64,000 nucleotides of DNA, from the IMG/VR virus record IMGVR_UViG_3300009093_000009. The stretch is one strand, 5' to 3'. This document shows positions 1 to 8,558 of the stretch, one piece after another. Made by a program: the position numbers and the translations under genes. The notes beneath the pieces were generated by a model. The model saw nothing but the letters and a program-made list of their open reading frames with translations, did no database searches and had not been told where the DNA came from. This DNA is from a virus. The stretch's first letter is position 1, and every line of letters begins with the position of its first letter.

Positions 1-1
1 C

Positions 2-307
2 CGTCGCTTAGGCGACGAAGGGCTGCGCGCACTGCTACGCGAAATCGAGAGCGTGGCAGGCCATCGCGGAGAACGGATAACCTGCCATCCCTTACGATCC
101 AACTACGCGACCTATGCCCACTATCAGGCGCAGATGCCGTCTCAGGCCGTGCAGATCACGATGGGACACTCCCGACTAGCGACGACTGAGCAATACTTCC
201 GCAAGCGCCCCAAGGCCGCTATCGACGGCATGAAGGCCATGCCTATTCGGGAGGCAGCACGACCGGAACGGATTGATCTCCGCCGGGTTAGGCAGGGTCG
301 ATCCTGA
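2..307 (+). CDS. int: Tyrosine recombinase/integrase, C-terminal part (5' end lies outside the window)
   Basis: Frame open to the window start. ...ITCHPLRSNYATY...MGHSRLATTEQY matches the HxxR box, the GHS box and the catalytic-Tyr region of tyrosine recombinases. Confidence 0.85.
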   Translation, partial: RRLGDEGLRALLREIESVAGHRGERITCHPLRSNYATYAHYQAQMPSQAVQITMGHSRLATTEQYFRKRPKAAIDGMKAMPIREAARPERIDLRRVRQGRS

Positions 308-632
308 TAACATAAGCAGGCCCAGGCTTCGTGAACATCGCTCGCTTTTGACGCGCTTCATCTTCTTCAAAGTAGGGATGGTGCTCGTCAACAAACTTTA
401 TCGTGAGTACCTGTCCACGCCAAATAACGGCTTCCATCAAGACTGCGTTTGCAAGCCATAGGTTCTCTCGATGAACCGTTACCAACGGAGCCAGGATGTC
501 CCTGCGCTCGACGCGATACGGAACGCCCTTGCTGTCCAGCCTTTGCAGTATCCAGGCCAGCTTCGGGCTTCCGGTATCGTTTAGGAACTCGCACTCGAAG
601 CGTTCTTCCAGCTTCTCTTGAAAGTCACTCAC
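288..632 (-). CDS. Hypothetical protein
   Basis: 114-aa ORF, last gene of the leftward arm. GTG start overlaps the stop of the upstream small ORF. Confidence 0.5.
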   Translation of the reverse strand: MSDFQEKLEERFECEFLNDTGSPKLAWILQRLDSKGVPYRVERRDILAPLVTVHRENLWLANAVLMEAVIWRGQVLTIKFVDEHHPYFEEDEARQKRAMFTKPGPAYVIRIDPA

Positions 633-759
633 TCGATCTTCCTTTCAATTTTCGTACCCAATCGGTAAACCGATCCAGCCCTTCGGTAGCCGCCCATATT
701 CCTATGAGCAGCGTCCCGAAGTAGCATCCAAGGCCGTACAGTATTTCGTCAAAAGTCAT
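625..759 (-). CDS. Small hydrophobic protein (44 aa)
   Basis: Hand translation gives MTFDEILYGLGCYFGTLLIGIWAATEGL... ATGA overlap with the stop of the 759-992 gene. Below the ORF-track size cutoff. Confidence 0.4.
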   Translation of the reverse strand: MTFDEILYGLGCYFGTLLIGIWAATEGLDRFTDWVRKLKGRSSE

Positions 760-992
760 CAGTCTTCAGGCCCGAAGTCTTCAGGCCTCACCACGGGATG
801 CTTGTTTCCCGTCACGATGGTGCGGTTTTTGCCGAACTTGCCATGTATCCGATGGTCGGCTTTGTCCGCCTGCTGCTCCATGGTAGGCGTGGGTTTGTCT
901 GGAGAGCAGGCATCGCACAGCCCGATTTTTGCGATCTTCCCGCGCTCTCTGTCGCTTCCGCCTTCGTTGCCGCACAGTTCGCATACTTTCAT
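759..992 (-). CDS. Small Cys-rich (CxxC...CxxC) protein
   Basis: 77-aa ORF with MKVCELCG...GLCDAC. Translationally coupled to its neighbours. Confidence 0.55.
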   Translation of the reverse strand: MKVCELCGNEGGSDRERGKIAKIGLCDACSPDKPTPTMEQQADKADHRIHGKFGKNRTIVTGNKHPVVRPEDFGPED

Positions 993-1387
993 TGAACGGC
1001 CCCCGCGCTTCTCAGTCCTAGCGGCGATATATACTCAGGAACCTCGATGGCATCCGGGAATATACCCCGATAGAATTTCTGGAACATCCGCCTGATGCTA
1101 TCGCGCTGCTCCGGCCTTGCGATAGTGACCAGCCATCCCGCAGGAACGTAGTAATGCCCTTTCCAGACCGCTACGTGCTCTCCCGCCTTATCCGCCAGCT
1201 TCGCGCCCACCTTCTCGTCCATGAGCATCATCGCGGCCGAGAAGTACAGCAGGCCGCGAGTGTGGTTCACGTAGACCGTTCGCTTATACTCTTCCAGCGT
1301 CTCGATGGCGGCATGTTTCAGATTGCCCGCGCCTATCGTATAGGCAACAACGTGATCCTGCGGTCGTATGATCTCGATGTCTTTCAT
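989..1387 (-). CDS. Hypothetical protein
   Basis: 132-aa ORF with 4-nt overlaps to both neighbours. Confidence 0.6.
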   Translation of the reverse strand: MKDIEIIRPQDHVVAYTIGAGNLKHAAIETLEEYKRTVYVNHTRGLLYFSAAMMLMDEKVGAKLADKAGEHVAVWKGHYYVPAGWLVTIARPEQRDSIRRMFQKFYRGIFPDAIEVPEYISPLGLRSAGAVQ

Positions 1388-1587
1388 AGTCCAGCCTCCG
1401 TTAAGGGAAGTCTCCTAATGACATAGCTTGTGCCATCGTCTAATGTCCAGGCCATATAATTGATGTCGGGGCGATCTGCTAGAAATTTGATAATCCCGTT
1501 CAGCCATGTATCATGGTTCCACATGTCAATTTCGCCTACACGTTGAAAATCGCAGCCCTTGAAGCCTTTGTATAACGCCCACTTCAT
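1384..1587 (-). CDS. Hypothetical protein
   Basis: 67-aa ORF, coupled by 4-nt overlaps. Confidence 0.55.
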   Translation of the reverse strand: MKWALYKGFKGCDFQRVGEIDMWNHDTWLNGIIKFLADRPDINYMAWTLDDGTSYVIRRLPLTEAGL

Positions 1588-1793
1588 CGGTATGCCGGGC
1601 CTTTCAGTAGCGCCTGCACTATCGGCCCTGTGGGTATTTCCGCCATTAATAGGGCTTCGAGAACAAAGAACTGCTCTCCAGGGAACTGCTGCGCCATCCT
1701 GACCGCAACCGTCCGTGCTTCGTCCTTGGTTTCGTATCGCTTTTTGGGCGGCTCAGGATACGCCGGGTTCCAGATGATCCAAAATTTATTCAT
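1584..1793 (-). CDS. Hypothetical protein
   Basis: 69-aa ORF, coupled by 4-nt overlaps. Confidence 0.55.
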   Translation of the reverse strand: MNKFWIIWNPAYPEPPKKRYETKDEARTVAVRMAQQFPGEQFFVLEALLMAEIPTGPIVQALLKGPAYR

Positions 1794-2752
1794 TCCGTTT
1801 CTCCCGTGCCTGCTTCGTACAGGTCTTGCAGTACTTCATTGATGGTCTTCTTGCCGCGCAGGAACGCATCGAATGACTTACCGATGGCGCGGTTCATCTT
1901 AACCTTGTCGGCAGATAGCTTGGAAGCAAGCGCCTTGACTTCCTTCATCGATACCGGGCGGTCCTTATCTTTCGGCGTAAAGGTGGGCTTGGGCTTCGAT
2001 GGGTCGTCGCGCAGGACCGCATCGGGCAGGTTGTTATCGGGTTGTTCTGCTTCTGCCTTGGCCTTTCTCGATAGCTTGCGCAGGTGATCGGTGATGCCCG
2101 CGCCGGTGACTGCGCCCTTATCGTGTAAAACCGCTTCGATGACATCGGCATGGCTGGCTTCGGGTACTTCGTCCGCGAGAATGAGAGCCGCCGCCACGGT
2201 CAACTCTCCACGATGGACCTGTATCTGCGTGGCCCGACTTAGCTTCAGCAGCTTTCGGTTACGGCTGATATGCGTCGTGCTGCATTTGTAGAGCGCCGCG
2301 ATTTCCGCATCGGTCTTGCCGTACATATCTGATAGCTTGCGCCAGTTGTGGATGTCATCGATGATGGAAGTGGCGTTGCGGTCGCGGTTCTCCGCGATGT
2401 TGCGAAGGAAGGCGGCTTCATCGTTGTTATCGACAAGGTTGACCTTTAGCTTGAAGTCTGGAGCCTGGGCGTAAAGCCCTTCTCCTGTATCGAAGCCAGT
2501 CCTGATAAGACGTGCGGCGGCGCATCGGGTGAAGCCCAGGACAAGCACAGGGCGGCTGTCTGTATCGCGCCTGCACTCGACGGGCTGTATCTGCCCGTTC
2601 TGTAACATCGAGAGCGCGAGTTCTTTGATCTGGTCATCGGTCGGCGGGATGACGCGCCCACGGTTGGCTTCATCCACGATGATGTCAAACGGGTTGAGAA
2701 GGAAGGTATCGACGCGGCGAGTTTCATCGCCTGCGGTTAATTTGATCGCCAT
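1790..2752 (-). CDS. ParB/Srx N-terminal-domain protein
   Basis: LLNPFDIIVDEANRGR...LALSMLQNGQIQPVECRR...LVLGFTRCAAA resembles the ParB N-terminal domain. Start moved to MAIKL (GGAGAAAG RBS); the track ORF extends through the palindromic motif. Confidence 0.65.
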   Translation of the reverse strand: MAIKLTAGDETRRVDTFLLNPFDIIVDEANRGRVIPPTDDQIKELALSMLQNGQIQPVECRRDTDSRPVLVLGFTRCAAARLIRTGFDTGEGLYAQAPDFKLKVNLVDNNDEAAFLRNIAENRDRNATSIIDDIHNWRKLSDMYGKTDAEIAALYKCSTTHISRNRKLLKLSRATQIQVHRGELTVAAALILADEVPEASHADVIEAVLHDKGAVTGAGITDHLRKLSRKAKAEAEQPDNNLPDAVLRDDPSKPKPTFTPKDKDRPVSMKEVKALASKLSADKVKMNRAIGKSFDAFLRGKKTINEVLQDLYEAGTGETE

Positions 2753-2790
2753 GCTATTACTTTCTCCGTCTCTGACGGCTGCATTGATAA

Positions 2791-2808
2791 TGCGACCCAC
2801 GGGTCGCA
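2791..2808. repeat. Palindromic motif copy 1 (TGCGACCC AC GGGTCGCA)
   Basis: Read directly. 38 nt upstream of the ParB-like start at 2752. Confidence 0.95.
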
Positions 2809-2863
2809 TTCGGGACACAAGCATCGCTTCTGACTTACTCCAACTACTGAGAAAAACCGGAAG

Positions 2864-3076
2864 CTACACTCCACAGTATCGACAATAGCCGTGCCGGTTA
2901 TGAATGCACGACTTCACGGGAACGGCAGGAGTATGAAAGACGGCCCTGATGGAATTGCTTTGGGACTGGCGGGCCTGGATGGTGCGCCTGCACCCTTCGC
3001 ATCGTTTAGCGATAGGGCCGTGTTTGGTTACGAATTCTGGATCGGGTCTATCCTGCCCACATTCGGCACAGATCAT
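2864..3076 (-). CDS. Small zinc-ribbon-like protein
   Basis: 70-aa ORF with CAEC...CEGC and a C-terminal CRYC. Confidence 0.5.
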   Translation of the reverse strand: MICAECGQDRPDPEFVTKHGPIAKRCEGCRRTIQARQSQSNSIRAVFHTPAVPVKSCIHNRHGYCRYCGV

Positions 3077-3528
3077 ATCGATACTCCTTCGTAGTGGAGC
3101 GCGGCCACAATATCCGATACAACCTTGGCAGGGTCGGATTGCAGCAGTTCGATGGTGTAGGTAAGCACAAGATAACCGTGCAGCAGCAGGGCGTTGCGCT
3201 TCAGGCAGTCCCGATTGCGCATATTGATGTGGCTATGGTTATCGCCATCGATTTCCACGACAAGCCTTGCTTCGGGCCACGCGGCATCGCAGCGCCAGTT
3301 CGGATAGTTACGAAGGCGTTCGTCTTCCCGAACGTGCCACTGGCCTTCAGGATGCTCCTGGCAGCGCGGCAGCGGCACCTGTGGAGCGACCTGCTTCAGT
3401 CGGGTGATAAGTTCGGCTTCGGCGGCATTGGGCTGTGTGCGTGTCTCCTGCCGCACAATGTCGCGCGGCTGCTCGAAGCCCTGCCTCTTCAGGTAGTCTT
3501 GCAGCGCCTTCACGGTCATCCGTGTCAT
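3073..3528 (-). CDS. DUF559/Vsr-like PD-(D/E)xK endonuclease-domain protein
   Basis: C-terminal RCDAAWPEARLVVEIDGDNHSH...RDCLKRNALLLHGYLVLTYT resembles the DUF559 endonuclease core. Confidence 0.65.
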   Translation of the reverse strand: MTRMTVKALQDYLKRQGFEQPRDIVRQETRTQPNAAEAELITRLKQVAPQVPLPRCQEHPEGQWHVREDERLRNYPNWRCDAAWPEARLVVEIDGDNHSHINMRNRDCLKRNALLLHGYLVLTYTIELLQSDPAKVVSDIVAALHYEGVSI

Positions 3529-3710
3529 GATGGATACCCTATAGTCTGTACCGCATAGCGTCCTGCAATGGCAGGGAGAAGCACGCTATCATATTCTTCC
3601 ATCGTGACGGAAGACTTCCCGGTAAAGTAGACCAGCAGCGCACGGTCCGCCAGCATATCAGGAACCCATCGCCCACGCCGCCATACCAGCTTAAGAGTGT
3701 CTTCGCCCAT
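3525..3710 (-). CDS. Hypothetical protein
   Basis: 61-aa ORF with a 4-nt overlap to the downstream gene. Confidence 0.45.
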   Translation of the reverse strand: MGEDTLKLVWRRGRWVPDMLADRALLVYFTGKSSVTMEEYDSVLLPAIAGRYAVQTIGYPS

Positions 3711-3722
3711 CGTCTTCCTTTC

Positions 3723-4274
3723 TCAGTAGTCTCTCATTTCCCAGATCACGGTATTGCGCTTCTTCGTGCTGCCGTGCGTGATCTGGTAGGCCGTGAATTC
3801 GATAATCGCATCGGGATATTCGTCCCACAATTCCTGGAAGTCATCGAGCGTGCCGGGATCACAGTAGGTTTGCAGCAGGGCCAAAGCCATCATTCCGTGA
3901 GCAGATAAAGTCTGCTCACGGAATGCCTGCCGCATTGGCTTCTGAACGTGGCTGTAGGTCATCTCATAGTGCCTGATGGAGCGCATCACTTCGCCCTGTA
4001 GCGTGATGTGATGCTCGACGTTTACGATCTGACCGATACAGAACCCATCTCTGGGCCAGCCTTCTGCTTCCAGCCGCGATAGCTGTGCCTCCAGGTCCAT
4101 CGCATAGATTAAGGGCACGCACGGGCCTCCTGCGCCGTGAGTCCACCTAATACCCACATGCGTCATCGGATGAAGCTGTGCGGCCTCACATGGCGTTATC
4201 AGCGGCCAGTGATTGCCCAACCTGCCACGCCGCAGCAGGTCATACATTTCAGGCTTTGTCGCTATCTTAGCCAT
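3723..4274 (-). CDS. Hypothetical protein
   Basis: 183-aa ORF in the coupled leftward operon. Confidence 0.6.
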   Translation of the reverse strand: MAKIATKPEMYDLLRRGRLGNHWPLITPCEAAQLHPMTHVGIRWTHGAGGPCVPLIYAMDLEAQLSRLEAEGWPRDGFCIGQIVNVEHHITLQGEVMRSIRHYEMTYSHVQKPMRQAFREQTLSAHGMMALALLQTYCDPGTLDDFQELWDEYPDAIIEFTAYQITHGSTKKRNTVIWEMRDY

Positions 4275-4677
4275 TGCCCTGCCACATCCTTGATGGGTTA
4301 ATGGCGAGAAAGACTACCCAACACTTCCATTCACCTACACCCATATCACGCTTCGGATGTGGGTCGTACTCAATTTCCTTTCCGTTCCAGACTACGGCGT
4401 GTTCCCAATCGCCGCGCGGAGACTTGGCAGAGAGCACGGCATAAGTGGATGGAACCCATCCTGCATTCGCGTCAATGATGACGCTCATGAATCCGCGTGG
4501 ATTGAAGAACTCTCGATTGAGCCTTGCTTCATATTCAATCCAGCTATCGCCAGCCGTGCCTTCTTCTTCCGTGCAATGTGGGACATCATCAAGATCGACT
4601 TCAAAGATGCTGGCGATACAAGCTGCATAACAGTTGCCAAGCGGCGGCTTCAGAATGGTCTGCTCTACAGGGATCAT
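4267..4677 (-). CDS. Hypothetical protein, possible Cys/His peptidase-like fold
   Basis: N-terminal GNCYAACIASI and a later WEHAVVW could be a papain-like Cys...His pair. Weak. Confidence 0.5.
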   Translation of the reverse strand: MIPVEQTILKPPLGNCYAACIASIFEVDLDDVPHCTEEEGTAGDSWIEYEARLNREFFNPRGFMSVIIDANAGWVPSTYAVLSAKSPRGDWEHAVVWNGKEIEYDPHPKRDMGVGEWKCWVVFLAINPSRMWQGNG

Positions 4678-4973
4678 CAGTTATCGAAGCCTTTCTGGAT
4701 AACCTGGGCGGCTGTGGGATCGATGGCTGCAATTTCACGATCGTCGGGCCTATGTGTGAAATCCAGATACTCCACGCCTGAGCAGAAGGCTTCCCACACT
4801 TCTTCCAGGAACTTATCCGCGCCATCGCGGGATGTAAACAATTCCATGGCCGTGATATTGGTAGAGCCATCCGCCGAGTGAACGACCATCCATCCTGAAC
4901 CGGGCTGCTCGTTGATTACGAGCAAGGTTCCTCCAGCAAAAGTCACGATGGATGTGCGGGTACGAATAAACAT
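4677..4973 (-). CDS. Hypothetical protein
   Basis: 98-aa ORF abutting the downstream gene. Confidence 0.55.
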   Translation of the reverse strand: MFIRTRTSIVTFAGGTLLVINEQPGSGWMVVHSADGSTNITAMELFTSRDGADKFLEEVWEAFCSGVEYLDFTHRPDDREIAAIDPTAAQVIQKGFDN

Positions 4974-4996
4974 GCTTCTCTCCTATCGGTGCGAAG

Positions 4997-5944
4997 TTAA
5001 AGGTAGTTGGGATCGGGATAAACATTGGTGAGTGTGGAGCGAACTAGCTGATCGAAGTCTCGATACTCTGCACCGGGATTATTGGTACAAAAGGTGCGTA
5101 CCAGGTCATCAAGGTTAAGGTTGCGCTTCCTGCCTACGTAGAGTATCTTTCGGATAGCCTGCCATCGCTGGCCGATGGGCCATCCCGTATATAGCTCTTG
5201 CTCTGTCTTAGGTGGCAGTCCTGTCATGGTATCGCGCTCTGGAGCATACTCCTGCATGGGCGGCAGTGATGGTCCAGGCGGTAAAAGCGCGTCCCACTGG
5301 GCCACACTTATCGGCGCGTCTCCATCGAACCAATCGACCATCCGTACCGGGCAGTTTCTCGATGGCTTATGGTTCCAGGTTCCGGGCACGCGCAGGATGC
5401 GCGGAAGATCGGTCGATACGGGATCGGCAAACGGAGAACCATCCTTGATGGGCTTTAGTGTTCGTCCGTGCCACTCGACGCCGCCAATCGCCACGCACAG
5501 GCGCTTCAGGAGCATCGACATATCTATCTGCTCCGTGACGCAAGTATCGCTTAAGCGCCAGTAGGTGTGAACGCCTCCGCCGCTCGTAACCATCAGGGAA
5601 GGGCTTTTGATGCGCTGCTCCGCGATGGCGGTACAGAGCAATCGCAAGGCTCCATCCATGCCGCCCGACGCTCCATCGATTTCCGCGAACAGCACTCTCG
5701 ATACGGCCACGCTATCCTTGACGCCGTGCGTCTTTGTCCTGGGCAGGACGCCATAGTACACGTCCATCGTGCCCGACCTGTCCTGGGCGCAGCGCGTGGC
5801 GTACATGATCCCAGTATCCGTGATCGGGAACCAGCGAATATCCATTCCTTTCTTTCCGGGCGTCATCATTCTAAGTTCGATCCATCGTTTCTCGGGATTG
5901 GAGTATCCCGAGAAGATGCTGCTGAAGAAGGATGCGGTATCCAC
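4997..5944 (-). CDS. Primase-polymerase (AEP/PrimPol-type) replication protein
   Basis: VYYGVLPR, FAEIDGAS (acidic DxD-like) and SGGGVHTYWRL motifs are typical of bifunctional primase-polymerase N-terminal domains. Confidence 0.7.
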   Translation of the reverse strand: MDTASFFSSIFSGYSNPEKRWIELRMMTPGKKGMDIRWFPITDTGIMYATRCAQDRSGTMDVYYGVLPRTKTHGVKDSVAVSRVLFAEIDGASGGMDGALRLLCTAIAEQRIKSPSLMVTSGGGVHTYWRLSDTCVTEQIDMSMLLKRLCVAIGGVEWHGRTLKPIKDGSPFADPVSTDLPRILRVPGTWNHKPSRNCPVRMVDWFDGDAPISVAQWDALLPPGPSLPPMQEYAPERDTMTGLPPKTEQELYTGWPIGQRWQAIRKILYVGRKRNLNLDDLVRTFCTNNPGAEYRDFDQLVRSTLTNVYPDPNYL

Positions 5945-5947
5945 GGG

Positions 5948-6649
5948 CTAACCTTTCGGTAAGCAACGGAGAACTTCACTTATAGGGATATTCAGGTGTC
6001 TCTCCTTGCCACCTTCATCCCACATCACGATCATTGCCGACATATCGGCGGACATCGCCACCTTTCTAAGCACCAGGCCCGATGGCTTTGCAGGCTCTCT
6101 AGCCTTCGACGCAGGCTTCGTATAATCGGATGGCCTGCTATCGGGGAAGTGCTTCGCCCTGGCCTCCGCCATGATTGGGGCGGTGACTTTGCCAGCATGG
6201 GCCATTGCCTTACCGACATAGACCTTTTCGGAGGCGATCTTGCTGGCCTCCAACGCGCACACCACGATGGCATCTTCCGATAAGTCCGCCACTACGCGGG
6301 CGATGCGCTCCGTCACGGGTGGAAGGCTGTTTTTATCCAGCACGCGATTGACTTCATCGGCCTTGACCATGCGATAGCCCTGCCGTGGCGACCAGTTGAA
6401 CTCCTTCTGGCAGAAAGCGGCCCAGGTGGAGTAGCCTAGCGCCTGATATTCCTTTCTATCGTGGACTTCGGAAATAACATGGTACGCGACGGACAGGTGC
6501 TGCCTGGCAAAGTCAACCTTCCTGCGTACATCTTCGGTGGATGCCGGGACGGAGCCTTCGGCTGGGAATAGATGCTTGTCATCGACAAGAACTAAGTCAT
6601 TGGAAGGCTCCTGGGAGTAGTCTACGCGGCGGGGGCGGGAGGCTGTCAT
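5948..6649 (-). CDS. Hypothetical protein downstream of the Cro-like gene
   Basis: Start taken at MTASRPRR, with an ATGA overlap to the stop of the Cro-like gene. The longer track ORF overlaps the HTH gene out of frame. Confidence 0.6.
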   Translation of the reverse strand: MTASRPRRVDYSQEPSNDLVLVDDKHLFPAEGSVPASTEDVRRKVDFARQHLSVAYHVISEVHDRKEYQALGYSTWAAFCQKEFNWSPRQGYRMVKADEVNRVLDKNSLPPVTERIARVVADLSEDAIVVCALEASKIASEKVYVGKAMAHAGKVTAPIMAEARAKHFPDSRPSDYTKPASKAREPAKPSGLVLRKVAMSADMSAMIVMWDEGGKERHLNIPISEVLRCLPKG

Positions 6650-6876
6650 ACGGCTATCCGTCTCCTTCCGCGATACTGGATCGGAGAAGTGAGCCACTTG
6701 GTATCGGTATTGAATAGCGCCGAGATAGCCCTGACGGTTCGATGCGATTTTCGATGGCCTAATTCTAGCTTGCTGATCAGGCATTTTGTCACGCCTACCC
6801 GATGGGCAAGCTGCTCCTGCGTAAGACCGGCCTCCAGTCTGAGCAGGAAGATATTGTTGCGGACCTTTTGGGGCAT
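6646..6876 (-). CDS. Cro-like XRE-family HTH regulator
   Basis: LRLEAGLTQEQLAHRVGVTKCLISKLELG is a canonical HTH_XRE. Divergent from the CI-like gene. AAGGAGA RBS. Confidence 0.8.
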   Translation of the reverse strand: MPQKVRNNIFLLRLEAGLTQEQLAHRVGVTKCLISKLELGHRKSHRTVRAISALFNTDTKWLTSPIQYRGRRRIAV

Positions 6877-6915
6877 TCGTGCGTCTCCTTGGCGTCTGCG
6901 GATGCATACCGCCTC

Positions 6916-6946
6916 ATTATACCGGAAGATGCGATGAAAGTGTCTA
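6916..6946 (-). promoter_or_regulatory. Candidate leftward early promoter (Cro operon)
   Basis: On the minus strand: TAGACA, 19-nt spacer, TATAAT (perfect -10 at 6916-6921). The -35-like hexamer overlaps a TGTCTA operator-like repeat. The spacer is long. Confidence 0.4.
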
Positions 6947-7000
6947 TTTGTATACAGAAGTGTCTACAAAATGATATTGCACAGGTAGACGGAATTTCAC

Positions 7001-7029
7001 TTGCGATAGCGGGTGTGAGCGGCTATAGT
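7001..7029 (+). promoter_or_regulatory. Candidate rightward promoter for the CI-like repressor
   Basis: TTGCGA, 17-nt spacer, TATAGT, about 70 nt upstream of the TTG start at 7102. GTAGAC-type repeats lie downstream. Confidence 0.5.
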
Positions 7030-7101
7030 GATATAGAATTGTAGCAGACGGTCAACGAGTGTAGACAGCGATCTGTCCCTGGATAGAGAAGGAAGGGATC
7101 A

Positions 7102-7683
7102 TTGGTAAGAGCACAGCGTTTTGGAGCATGGGTCCAGCAATATCGAACCGATCATGATTGGTCGCAGACGGACTGCGCCGATAGGGTGCAGGAGTACCTA
7201 CGTAACAAGAACCCCGATGCAACCTTTACGCGCGGCGGATGGAGCAAGATCGAACTCTCCCCGGATGGCAGGCAGCCTAGGCGCGATAGGGTACTTCATG
7301 TAAGCATCGGGCTGAACCTGCCGCTGCATGTGGTTGAGCAGGCGGCAGGATATGGCCCATCGTCGGTGGACTTGCCATCGTTTAATGCCATGCTTGGCGA
7401 TCAACTGAAGCGGTGCCGCAAGCAGGCAGATATGAGCATCGAGGATGTCGCCGACATTATCGGCGTGGGCGTGACACTGGTGGCCGCGTGGGAGACGGGA
7501 TCGTCTATCCCCGATCTTTATCAGGCGTTTGCCATGAGCAGGCTTTATGGATGCTCTATCGACAGCTTTGTAACCGATGCCACGGAGCAGGCCGTCGTGC
7601 GTATGCGGCCCACTCTGAAGGATGAACTCGCGCAGCTTAGATCGGAACTCTCCGCTATCCGCCAGCTTGTGCAGCGGGAGTAG
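7102..7683 (+). CDS. CI-like repressor with two XRE-type HTH domains
   Basis: Two HTH_XRE-like segments (FGAWVQQYRTDHDWSQTDCADRV; LKRCRKQADMSIEDVADIIGVGVTLVAAWETG). TTG start behind a GAAGGAAGGG RBS. It is the only rightward gene in the early region. Confidence 0.75.
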   Translation: MVRAQRFGAWVQQYRTDHDWSQTDCADRVQEYLRNKNPDATFTRGGWSKIELSPDGRQPRRDRVLHVSIGLNLPLHVVEQAAGYGPSSVDLPSFNAMLGDQLKRCRKQADMSIEDVADIIGVGVTLVAAWETGSSIPDLYQAFAMSRLYGCSIDSFVTDATEQAVVRMRPTLKDELAQLRSELSAIRQLVQRE

Positions 7684-8377
7684 CATCGGGTTCCTTATCC
7701 GATGTCTTCTCGGCAGCGGCCTTGGCCTTGGCGTCCTGAGCCGCTGCATACTGCTGCTTATAATCGGCTATCCAGGCATCGGCATCTGGCTGCGTTGCAG
7801 GGAATACCGGCTTCACATTCAGGCTTCTCTGGTATTTCGCGATGGTCAGGTATTGTTCCGCGGTAGGCTGCGCTGTCGCTGCGTCTGTATGCGGGATACC
7901 AGCGTCTTCCCGATCCTGCCACAGATCGCCTTTATGCCACAGATCGAGCGCCATCCCGAACCGCATCCCCGCATTACGCAGGGCATCGCCGATGCGCTCC
8001 TTCGTGGCGTTCGGCCCGGTCTTGCCCTGCGCATCGCCATAGCCAAGGCGCGTGATACCGCACACGGTTAGCTTAATCCATAGCCCGCCATCCTTATCGA
8101 GCAGCGGCAGACCATCGGCGGTAAGCGCCAGCGGCTCCCAAAACCAGAAGGGATCGACCTGGAGCAGCCTGTCTGTCAAGGCCGCGTGGCCGACATAATC
8201 TAGATGCATCGCGGGCAGCCCGTGATAGCCGCCGCACTCTTTACACTTTCCCTTCTCGGCGTTCGCAGAGAAGGGCTTGGGCAGCTTGCTGATCTCGTTC
8301 TGCCGGAACGGCTCTCGAAGCATTTGCAGCCGTTTGATCTTTTCAATGTCAATCGGTTCGATCTTACCTTCAGCCAT
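7655..8377 (-). CDS. Rad52/Sak-type single-strand annealing protein
   Basis: DYVGHAALTDRLL..DPFWFWEP...GLWIKLTVCGITRLGYGDA...KERIGDALRNAGMRFGMALDLW is the Rad52/22 family core. Start at MAEGK behind a GGAGGAGAAG RBS. Confidence 0.8.
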   Translation of the reverse strand: MAEGKIEPIDIEKIKRLQMLREPFRQNEISKLPKPFSANAEKGKCKECGGYHGLPAMHLDYVGHAALTDRLLQVDPFWFWEPLALTADGLPLLDKDGGLWIKLTVCGITRLGYGDAQGKTGPNATKERIGDALRNAGMRFGMALDLWHKGDLWQDREDAGIPHTDAATAQPTAEQYLTIAKYQRSLNVKPVFPATQPDADAWIADYKQQYAAAQDAKAKAAAEKTSDKEPDATPAAQAGG

Positions 8378-8558
8378 CGATGTCTTCTCCTCCAGAATGC
8401 GACCCACGGGTCACATTATCTTCTTGCTCAATTATCCTCAGCAGTCTTGAACAGGGTGTACAGAGCGGCAGATTAAACATCGTGTCGTAGCGCCCCTGTA
8501 GCTTCCCGCAGGCATGGCAGCGGGTACTCAGCTTCAGACTGATGCCACTGCCATCCAT
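8370..8558 (-). CDS. Small zinc-ribbon protein (62 aa), tentative
   Basis: MDGSGISLKLSTRCHACGK...LCTPCSRLL. The 3' end runs through the palindromic motif. Confidence 0.35.
   Translation of the reverse strand: MDGSGISLKLSTRCHACGKLQGRYDTMFNLPLCTPCSRLLRIIEQEDNVTRGSHSGGEDIDG
8398..8415. repeat. Palindromic motif copy 2
   Basis: TGCGACCCACGGGTCACA, 20 nt upstream of the Rad52-like start at 8377. Confidence 0.95.

Noticed and set aside
1790-2824. N-terminal extensions of track ORFs reading MLVSRMRPVGRII, MGRILEE, MRPVGRILEG and MGRILAKP (also 7655-8407, 14037-14441, 33310-34725)
   Set aside because: These residues are simply the translation of the palindromic motif. In each case a downstream ATG with a strong GGAG-type RBS is the more likely start.
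5948-6907. Long 319-aa form of the gene downstream of the Cro-like gene
   Set aside because: The first 86 codons overlap the canonical HTH_XRE gene out of frame and are Arg/Pro/Gln-rich. The internal ATG at 6649 gives an ATGA coupling with the HTH gene stop.
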